A DNA stretch of 64,000 bases from a virus (taxonomy: Duplodnaviria; Caudoviricetes), in IMG/VR virus record IMGVR_UViG_3300009095_000011, positions 32,001-96,000 of that record. The stretch is one strand, 5' to 3'. The translations under genes were made by a program, and so were the position numbers. This document shows, piece by piece, positions 56,601-64,000 of this stretch (position 1 is its first letter; every line of letters begins with the position of its first letter). Under the pieces are notes generated by a model. The model had not been told where the DNA came from and ran no database searches. It was given only the letters and a program-made list of their open reading frames with translations.

Positions 56601-58283
56601 TTATAATTCTAATGATGTATCGATTATAACTCCATTGAATACTATCTTCGACAACGGATAATTCGGCTCGAATTGAAATGAAATGCGTATGGAATCTCCC
56701 ACATATTGAGCAGTTATATTTCTATAACTTAAAATTAAATTATCAGTTGTTTCACTAGCTGTCAATGTTGACAGATAAGTATCTGTAAAATTAATTGCAT
56801 CTTCAATTGACAAAGTATTCCTGTTAACTCCATTACTTTGTCCAAGCAAGGTTCTCTTAGCATTAATTTCTAAACCTTTAGATAAAGCACTTTTTATAGA
56901 TTCTATAGAAATTTCATAACTTCTTCCTGTATCAGTAATGAAGAACTCATTATCTTGTAATGTATTGATTCCTTGCAATACAGTCCATGCTCCAAAATCA
57001 GTATCATAGATAGTACAAAGAACACCACTGTTCTGTGCTTTTGTTTGATCTATTGTGTTAAGTAAATGTCTGTCTCCATCCATTCTCAATGACTTGAATG
57101 TCACAGGAACTTGTGGTGCATTGCCTGCTATTCTTCCAAGCACAAGAGCAGCTTTGTAAATTGAATCTCTGTCTTTAAAACCAGTAGCTCCTCTTCGTCT
57201 CAATTTACATCCGGCGTGAACTACTATTACTCTTTCGCTACCATAGAATTGTGCTGTCTCTATTGAACTACCAGCACCACCACTTGATAAATCTCCATCT
57301 TCAAATGCAGTTTCGTCATTGCCACCTCCTACGAACATGAATTTTCTGTATTTGGCCTCATTGACTATATGAGAAAGTATTTTGCTGTTATCACTTGAGA
57401 TCGCATCACCTGCATAATCAGTAGCAAGTACAAAGGTGTAGTCTAATTCACTAATGTTATCAAGTACTGTATCGAGATGGGTTGTTGAGTAAGTTTCTGT
57501 GCCACCTGTTGCGAGTGTATTGCCTGCATTAGATGTAAGATCAGCACTATTAACTAATCCTGTTCCAGATACACTACTATCTACTGCATCGTATTTGAAA
57601 TATTGATTGTAAGTGAAATCACTTTTAGCCCATGCTATGAGGGTTGATATGTTTGTGAATTGAGGAGAGCTTACAAGCAGTCTTGGTTCAGTTGCAGTAT
57701 CGGCAACGAAATCCCAAGGATCACCTTCTGAATCTGCTCCTTTATATGTTCCTACATAAAAATCAATAACAAATTGAGTGGGATCAAGAGTTGATGCTCT
57801 CATTACTCCTGCATATCCCCTTGTAAGGTTATTGTTTGCATCTTCAACACCATTTCCACAGGTTCCTTCATCTCTTACTTGAGATACAAAAGTACCACCA
57901 TTTGCGCCACCTCCTGTAAATGTAAATGAAATTTCAGCAGGAGTAGTTGCGGCAGCTTTAACAAAATGAATCATGGGAACTCCTGGCGCATTGCCTGCGC
58001 CTTGAGGTTGAAATAATGGTTCTCCAAGTAACCATAAAAGACTTCCTTTTACATGATTTCTATAATCTTGAAGTCTTTGGAAGCTATATATTGCATCTTT
58101 GCCTGATTTTAAAGTTCCCGCTATACCTGAACCACCTGCATAGCCAGCACCTTTGCCAGTGTCTATGATTAGAACATTACCAAATGTAGCTGAAATAGGT
58201 GGGTTAGTGATTCCAGATGTAAAAGAAGTGTATACCCCTGGTAGAACTGTAGACTTATTATCGAAAATTAATTTTTGAGCCAA
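56601..58283 (-). CDS. Tail sheath protein
   Basis: N-terminal LPGVY, PQVPVTFK and LQGINTLQ; 560 aa upstream of the tube. Confidence 0.85.
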   Translation of the reverse strand: MAQKLIFDNKSTVLPGVYTSFTSGITNPPISATFGNVLIIDTGKGAGYAGGSGIAGTLKSGKDAIYSFQRLQDYRNHVKGSLLWLLGEPLFQPQGAGNAPGVPMIHFVKAAATTPAEISFTFTGGGANGGTFVSQVRDEGTCGNGVEDANNNLTRGYAGVMRASTLDPTQFVIDFYVGTYKGADSEGDPWDFVADTATEPRLLVSSPQFTNISTLIAWAKSDFTYNQYFKYDAVDSSVSGTGLVNSADLTSNAGNTLATGGTETYSTTHLDTVLDNISELDYTFVLATDYAGDAISSDNSKILSHIVNEAKYRKFMFVGGGNDETAFEDGDLSSGGAGSSIETAQFYGSERVIVVHAGCKLRRRGATGFKDRDSIYKAALVLGRIAGNAPQVPVTFKSLRMDGDRHLLNTIDQTKAQNSGVLCTIYDTDFGAWTVLQGINTLQDNEFFITDTGRSYEISIESIKSALSKGLEINAKRTLLGQSNGVNRNTLSIEDAINFTDTYLSTLTASETTDNLILSYRNITAQYVGDSIRISFQFEPNYPLSKIVFNGVIIDTSLEL

Positions 58284-58378
58284 TGTGGTATATGCATGTG
58301 GATTTCTATGTTAACGATTTTAAGCATATACAATTTTCAATTGTGTAAATATACAAATTTATTTATGAATAAAAAAAA

Positions 58379-58540
58379 TTAATAGATTTTTTCATCATTG
58401 AATATCTTTTCCCACTGTTTAAGGGATTTTTTTTGATCTGAAAACTTTTTCTCAACATAGGTTATGAGTCTTTTTGATCTTGCTAATGTTTTTAATGCCT
58501 GTTGTGCACTAAGGGATTGAGATACTTTCACTTTGGTCAT
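58379..58540 (-). CDS. Small basic protein upstream of the sheath (53 aa)
   Basis: Manual translation MTKVKVSQSLSAQQALKTLARSKRLITYVEKKF...WEKIFNDEKIY. Confidence 0.5.
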   Translation of the reverse strand: MTKVKVSQSLSAQQALKTLARSKRLITYVEKKFSDQKKSLKQWEKIFNDEKIY

Positions 58541-59222
58541 AATTTAAATTAATTTCATCACTCAATGTTGGTGTACCTTGAAATGTGATACTTTGGAACA
58601 TTTGGTTTGCTGTAAAATCATCTACATTTACTCTATAAGATGATGTAAATGTTATTGCTCTCATGAATATATGTTTTGGTACTATATCGCTGTGTATTTG
58701 TAAGTCTCTGCCTGATATTTTAGGATTTTCAAGTCCCTCAAACATCACATGATTAAACAAGGGAATTAGAAGTGCTCTTAGTGTGTGATATATGAGAATT
58801 ACTTCATTTCTGTTATCACTTGAGATTACTATATTGTAATTGCTTGAAAATCCACGACCATAATTTTTAGTATATTCGAGATTATCATCATCATAAGTAT
58901 AATCTGCTTCACCCTCATCTATTCCTAATCCATCTGCATAACCTGATTCTTCACTTGGAAGATTAATAAAGATTGAAGGTATCCCTGCAAGTTCATTATC
59001 AAACGAAGGTCTTATCCTTAGTTTGCGTGGATCATCATCTGTTTTGAGAAATACTGTCTGAGCTTGTGTATACATATCATAACGACCGTATGTAACACCA
59101 TTCCAGAGCTTATATAGCATTGTTTTGGTCTTGTCGGTATTGTTACTCCAATTCGTCCTAATAAAGCTTAGAATCGCTTCTATTGAGTTCTGTAAGGTTA
59201 CTTCTGGAATTATTAGAGGCAT
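58509..59222 (-). CDS. Tail completion/terminator-like structural protein
   Basis: Lies between neck and sheath; PSIFINLPSE and YNIVISSDN motifs. Confidence 0.55.
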   Translation of the reverse strand: MPLIIPEVTLQNSIEAILSFIRTNWSNNTDKTKTMLYKLWNGVTYGRYDMYTQAQTVFLKTDDDPRKLRIRPSFDNELAGIPSIFINLPSEESGYADGLGIDEGEADYTYDDDNLEYTKNYGRGFSSNYNIVISSDNRNEVILIYHTLRALLIPLFNHVMFEGLENPKISGRDLQIHSDIVPKHIFMRAITFTSSYRVNVDDFTANQMFQSITFQGTPTLSDEINLNYDQSESISIP

Positions 59223-59242
59223 TGATATTATTTATAAAATCA

Positions 59243-59614
59243 ATGTAAATATAGCTAAATATTGGGAGAAAATAAAAAAAGCCTCAAAATTAATTGAGGC
59301 TTTGGTGAAAATATGATGGAAGTTTATATTAAGATATATTTACCTTCATTAACTCCTTTGTGAAATCCCTTTATTGACATCCACCAAGTTGATTGTCTTC
59401 TATTTAGTAAACCTCTTGAAGTAGTTTTCCCATCTGTATAAATTACTCTTGTCTCAGTCACTTGAACAACTGTATTGATTGTTCCATAATCCGTTTTAAA
59501 CTTCAAACCTGATTTTATTTCTGTTTTCATCTCTTTATCTTTTAGTTAAACATCTAATTGATAGTATAAATATAAGAATTATATTTTAGATGTGCAACAT
59601 TTTGAGGAAAAAGT
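59243..59614 (-). other. Moron-like module C
   Basis: Same flanks as modules A and B; terminator at 59274-59303. Confidence 0.75.
59324..59530 (-). CDS. Moron hypothetical protein
   Basis: ORF track, 68 aa, inside module C. Confidence 0.6.
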   Translation of the reverse strand: MKTEIKSGLKFKTDYGTINTVVQVTETRVIYTDGKTTSRGLLNRRQSTWWMSIKGFHKGVNEGKYILI

Positions 59615-60421
59615 TTATAATGAATTTAAAAAATTTTCTATCTGAGCATCTATAACATCAGGAAGAAATTGTTCTGTCTTAGTTAATCCCTTGCCAAAGA
59701 AATTGCCCTCCTCCATTCCAGGATGAATCCAGCTATCAGGATCACTCTTATCACTCACACGTCTGAAACTCATATAACCTCGTGTTTGATTGGTTGATAA
59801 ATCTTTGATCTTTACTACACCTTCGTATTTACTTGTTTTTGATACATATTCCCTGAACAAGCGAGATGTGGGAGTTTCTGGTATTTCTTTGCGAATTGTT
59901 TTCTCCTGAAATTGTTGTGGTATTTCATCTAACTTTAATCCTCTTGATCGCATTCCTCCACCTATTGGGATATTTGCTTCAAAGGATTTAATTTTAGCAT
60001 GAACTTCTTGAGGCAATATTCCACTGAATACTTCTGATTCTCCTAATGAAGTTGGTGCGCCAAATCTAAAAGGAACTGTAAGATACCAACCTCCATTTTT
60101 TTTCTTTTTGGCCTTATCGCTTTTCTCAAAAGCCTCTTTCATATCGCGTGGTGGCGCACCCTCCTCAATCATTCTTACAAGAGGATCGTCATATCGTAAT
60201 ACTACTGCTCCCTTAGCTAATCCTTCATCAACTACAATGAGATTTTGAAGGTATCTATTGCGAGTTTGTTTTAATGTTTTGGCAGCTTCATTATGCCAGT
60301 TTCGATATGCTTCGTAAGTTATAGCCTTAATGGTGTTATCGAGCAATCGTTCAATCTGTGATTTATTAAGATTGAACTCTTGACTTAATTCACTTGTGTC
60401 TATAACTATGGGATAAAACAT
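59615..60421 (-). CDS. Neck/head-tail joining protein
   Basis: MIEEGAPPRDMK, GGWYLTVPFR and FRRVSDKSDPDSWIHPG patterns typical of myovirus neck proteins. Confidence 0.7.
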   Translation of the reverse strand: MFYPIVIDTSELSQEFNLNKSQIERLLDNTIKAITYEAYRNWHNEAAKTLKQTRNRYLQNLIVVDEGLAKGAVVLRYDDPLVRMIEEGAPPRDMKEAFEKSDKAKKKKNGGWYLTVPFRFGAPTSLGESEVFSGILPQEVHAKIKSFEANIPIGGGMRSRGLKLDEIPQQFQEKTIRKEIPETPTSRLFREYVSKTSKYEGVVKIKDLSTNQTRGYMSFRRVSDKSDPDSWIHPGMEEGNFFGKGLTKTEQFLPDVIDAQIENFLNSL

Positions 60422-60513
60422 TTTATTTTAATTTGAATTTTTATCTACTTCCTTCGACTACTACCCGGCCCCCTTTCTCATGTACTGGTCTTTAATGTTT
60501 TTTATCTACTTAA

Positions 60514-62385
60514 TTAATCTGCACTTTTCAACAATAATAATCCATAATAAGCAGGGACTGTCAATTGTTGCCCACTTACATCATTCCCATTAATATCCTC
60601 ATATCCAGAAGGTGCTATTATAGTTGTTTCATTTCCTGTTTCGTTTGTATATAATTTGACATGCTCTTCGGCTACTGATTGATTCACGTATGTTAGCCAG
60701 TTTGATTTAGACACACTGTTTGTATCATCTGAATATTCTGCTTGAAGTTGGGCAAAAGTTAAAGGTGTTCCTGATCTTCTGGCGACATTTGCAGAGTATG
60801 GAGATATGTAATAATTAAAATCATTTTGTGTGAAAATGCCCGTTCCTAAATCATTATCGTGACAAAAAATGTTTGATTTTTTCACAGAATATACGTTTCT
60901 TCTGTTAGTATTATCGCCCTGAGAATATATTGCAGAAGGTCCAAATTCATTATAAAGTATAGCCTGTCCATCATTCGAGCAAACTATATTATCCTCAATA
61001 ATATGTTCTCTGGTATCATTATTAATAAATATTTCTGCAAACCCAAAAGAATTAAAAAACACATTGTGATGAACGTGACACTGATAGCTGCGATTGTCTA
61101 AGTAGCACGACATGACTAGTCCTGTCTTACTGTTTGTGTTATATACTATGTTGTTACGAATTTCAGCTATTATACCATCGTTTTGATTTCTTGCCCTGAA
61201 AACGTATATCCCACCTCCATCACTGAGTAATTCACAAAAATCAGAAACAATATTTTTCTCAATTAAAACGCTGTCCCCAACATTTACGGAAATTCCATTA
61301 TACGCCGTGTTGCTAATTCTATTATTGCTAATAGTTATATTTTGCCCATACAAACTATCATCATCAAAATCCAACTGAAATCTAATACCACAACCTTCTC
61401 CTGTGGATGTGTTGGATCCGTTAAACAATACAGGATACGTCTGCCACCCTATATTTTCGCCCTTACCAATTCTGTTTATTTCGATGTTTTGTATCAAGCA
61501 ATTAATTGGGGAGCTAAGCTGAATACCATTATTTCCAACATCTTCAATAATCCCGTTTCTAATAGTCACCCCTGTTTTTTGATTAGGGATGAAAATTGCA
61601 GAATCTCTAATGTTGTTTGTTTTGAAATTTTGCAATAAAAAATTATTCCCTGTGTTTTTTATCCCATGCTGATAGTAATTTTGGAAGTGAATTCCATCAA
61701 TTTGAAATCCATTACCAGAATTATTCAATCCAATGTCGTAATCAATTTTCCTGATGTTTAGCCCCGAAGGATTTGACGGTGTTTTTACGTATAGCCTACC
61801 GTCTTCGTATGCCCATTCATTGTTTGAGGCTATAAATTCAAGTAGCCCAAACAATTTAAATCTACCTGATTCACTGTATGTTATGTCAGAATCTAATGTT
61901 AATGTTCCAGAACTGTAATTAATTACAATGTGTTCTAATGAATATGAAAATGGACGATCTTCAGCAACAAGGGACGCGCCTATTATCGATGAATATTGAG
62001 AAATTGCACTAGAGTTAAACGATAATTGATTACCAGACGGTTTGTCCGTGACTCCTATCCACGATGTCTCGGCCTGTTTTGCAAGTACGTCGTTAATTAA
62101 TATCCATTTTGGTTTAGATGCGAATGGCGTTGAATAAATTCCATCTCCTTCATCTGTCCAAGTCGCTGTTGAGATGTCTGTTGATCCATCGAAAATAGCA
62201 TAATCAGTTCCCCCATATATACCTAATTCTAAATTAGAAATATTAAGTGTTTCATTAAATGAAAATTGTTGTCCTGATTTAAATAAATATGTCTTATTTG
62301 GCTGGAAAACAATATTATCTAAATCATTTTGACTTGCTATACGAATAGCTTTTTTACTTATCAATATCACTGCTGGGATGCTCAT
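60514..62385 (-). CDS. Right-handed parallel beta-helix protein (possible depolymerase / receptor-binding protein)
   Basis: Repeated I.N..I....NGI and DGGGIY beta-helix rungs. Confidence 0.75.
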   Translation of the reverse strand: MSIPAVILISKKAIRIASQNDLDNIVFQPNKTYLFKSGQQFSFNETLNISNLELGIYGGTDYAIFDGSTDISTATWTDEGDGIYSTPFASKPKWILINDVLAKQAETSWIGVTDKPSGNQLSFNSSAISQYSSIIGASLVAEDRPFSYSLEHIVINYSSGTLTLDSDITYSESGRFKLFGLLEFIASNNEWAYEDGRLYVKTPSNPSGLNIRKIDYDIGLNNSGNGFQIDGIHFQNYYQHGIKNTGNNFLLQNFKTNNIRDSAIFIPNQKTGVTIRNGIIEDVGNNGIQLSSPINCLIQNIEINRIGKGENIGWQTYPVLFNGSNTSTGEGCGIRFQLDFDDDSLYGQNITISNNRISNTAYNGISVNVGDSVLIEKNIVSDFCELLSDGGGIYVFRARNQNDGIIAEIRNNIVYNTNSKTGLVMSCYLDNRSYQCHVHHNVFFNSFGFAEIFINNDTREHIIEDNIVCSNDGQAILYNEFGPSAIYSQGDNTNRRNVYSVKKSNIFCHDNDLGTGIFTQNDFNYYISPYSANVARRSGTPLTFAQLQAEYSDDTNSVSKSNWLTYVNQSVAEEHVKLYTNETGNETTIIAPSGYEDINGNDVSGQQLTVPAYYGLLLLKSAD

Positions 62386-63998
62386 TATACCGGATATTGG
62401 GTTGAATAATCATTATTACTTACAAAGAAATCGTCAAACAGAGCTTTTGTTGCAGACGTGTCGGTAGTAGTCCCTCCTATGTACAAAAATGCAACTATAG
62501 ATGATCCTAAATCAACATTTCCGGCTGTAGAAGTAAACTCTGTCCATGCTGATCCATTCCAGTATTCAAAAGTTACCACACCTGTCGAAGGAATATATTT
62601 TATTCTTGTGTCTTTGCCACTGGACACCCCGGTATTTACATCAATTTCGTTAACTCCAGCATCTCTTATTAAGCATCTATAAGCACCTTTTGTAACCGTA
62701 TCCCTCCCAATCATACACCTTTCATTCGTATCATATGGCATAGAGCTGATCCCAAACAACATACTGATAAAATCAGTTTCGGGCTGCGTTGTTTTAGCCT
62801 GGACAACGATTAAATCATTTGCGGAAGATTGAGCATTTTTTAAAAGTAGACCTTTTTCAGTCGAAGAAGCTCCTGTCGAATAAACTTCTAACCGTTGTCC
62901 TGTTTCGGCTATTACTACATTTGCATCTGTTGATTGATCCCATATTAATGCATCTATAGAATTATCATTAAAATTGTCACTCACCAAAATTATACTGCCA
63001 GAAGTTGGTGTCGCGCTATCACTTCCAGGAAGCGAGTTGTTATACCCCAAAGCCGTGTTTATCAATCTGACATAGTAAGTTACTCCATTCGTCAATCCGG
63101 TTATTGTTCCGGTTTTTGTTGCGAAATCATATCCAGTAACTGGAATTTCAGTTGAGAAATCAGAATTAGTATCATAAGTTAATATTCCGCCTGTTGCGGC
63201 GACATCTTCATTTGATATTTCGTAATCAAGCTCTGTATCCCCCGGCGTAAGGGTAACCGTAGGTGTAGACAAGGTTGGTAAATCGATGGCTCCCACGCGA
63301 TCCGAAAATGTCTCTACACCTGTTAAAGTTCCATCTGAAGGCGTTACGCTCGCTCGTATGTACTTGCCATTGTCAGAACTTTGAAGAACATAAGTACTTG
63401 AAGTTGCTCCGCTTATTTCAGCTTCGTTTGTTCCCCCTGAATCATCTGATCGGTACCACTTGAAAGTAGATCCTGATTCAGTCCCTCCATCGTTTGCGTT
63501 GTAGGTGTAGTTTAATGTCAAGGTTTCGCCTACTTCTTGTGTTCCGGTTATCGATAGAGAAGTCGCTGAAGGAACAACAGTTATTTTTCTAGTGAAAGAT
63601 GATAAAATGAATTGATATTCCTCCGCTTCATATCCTATCCATAGTTTATATGTTCCCGCGCCAGGGGCAACTCCATCAGTAAAAGAATCTTCATATATTA
63701 TTCCATTTTCAGGGATGGTTATTGTCTCCCCTGCTTCAAGTGTGATTTCAACTACCTGCCAAACTCCGTTTTTAGGAGTTCCTGAAAAAGTTAAAGTCAC
63801 ATCCCCAGATGGGTTATAAGCAGTATAATACCCGTTTTGATCAACTACTATAGCGGCAGGGTTGAATGTTCCTAACGCAATTGAATTATCCGACTTCCCG
63901 CTCACGTCAACCCTCAAATCAATCTCTACACTTACCTCGTCGTCATCCGCGATAGTTCCTTTTTTCTCTAAGCAAGTTAAGTCAATATCGAAATACCC
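62385..63998 (-). CDS. Ig-like/FN3-repeat virion protein, 5' end beyond the window
   Basis: ITGTQEVGETLT...FKWYR...ISGATSSTYVL...GKYIRASVTP (Ig-like) and GLTNGVTYYVR (FN3). The frame is open from 63917 to the window edge. Confidence 0.75.
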   Translation of the reverse strand, partial: GYFDIDLTCLEKKGTIADDDEVSVEIDLRVDVSGKSDNSIALGTFNPAAIVVDQNGYYTAYNPSGDVTLTFSGTPKNGVWQVVEITLEAGETITIPENGIIYEDSFTDGVAPGAGTYKLWIGYEAEEYQFILSSFTRKITVVPSATSLSITGTQEVGETLTLNYTYNANDGGTESGSTFKWYRSDDSGGTNEAEISGATSSTYVLQSSDNGKYIRASVTPSDGTLTGVETFSDRVGAIDLPTLSTPTVTLTPGDTELDYEISNEDVAATGGILTYDTNSDFSTEIPVTGYDFATKTGTITGLTNGVTYYVRLINTALGYNNSLPGSDSATPTSGSIILVSDNFNDNSIDALIWDQSTDANVVIAETGQRLEVYSTGASSTEKGLLLKNAQSSANDLIVVQAKTTQPETDFISMLFGISSMPYDTNERCMIGRDTVTKGAYRCLIRDAGVNEIDVNTGVSSGKDTRIKYIPSTGVVTFEYWNGSAWTEFTSTAGNVDLGSSIVAFLYIGGTTTDTSATKALFDDFFVSNNDYSTQYPV

Positions 63999-64000
63999 GG

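Noticed and set aside
58495-58510. gttgtgcac resembling a cassette core
   Set aside because: There is no partner AAC box or hairpin, and it lies within overlapping structural coding sequence.
6190-63463. Plus-strand ORFs in the track (e.g. 7427-7708, 22960-23289, 38252-38590, 43441-43935, 44807-45133)
   Set aside because: They lie antisense to well-supported minus-strand genes or over hairpin sites and have no recognisable motifs, so they are treated as shadow ORFs.
1-64000. tRNA/rRNA genes, diversity-generating retroelement, stop-codon recoding
   Set aside because: No cloverleaf or rRNA-like sequence and no reverse transcriptase were recognised by eye, and long core genes are intact in the standard code. 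A tRNAscan run would be needed to exclude tRNAs firmly.

Overview
This is an AT-rich segment (roughly 30% GC by eye) of a large contractile-tailed (myovirus-type) phage genome, probably infecting Bacteroidota, judged from repeated TTG...TAnnTTT(A/G)-type promoters. Essentially all real genes lie on the minus strand. From the right end the order is: receptor-binding/decoration genes, neck, sheath, tube, chaperones, tape measure, baseplate and fibres (about 35.7-64 kb); helicase, primase, DnaE and dUTPase (26.5-35 kb); a duplicated IbrA/IbrB-like plus methyltransferase cluster (19.9-26.5 kb); an intein-containing class II RNR; then SSB, SbcCD, resolvase, RNase H and small accessory genes. The most striking feature is a candidate phage-borne, non-canonical integron-like system. 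A 270-aa tyrosine recombinase without the IntI I2 insertion (14621-15433) abuts an array of attC-like hairpin-delimited cassettes (15464-16988). A second, integrase-less array lies at <1-1714 and a solitary cassette at 49604-49861. Cassette ORFs run antisense to the classical integron layout, and several start inside the hairpin loop and read through the core site in the same frame. Other notable items are a TnpB-less IS200/IS605-type mini-element, an orphan tnpB in the tail operon, a probably split DnaE, three repeated promoter-ORF-terminator modules and a truncated denV. All functional calls come from motif recognition by eye; no database searches were run.
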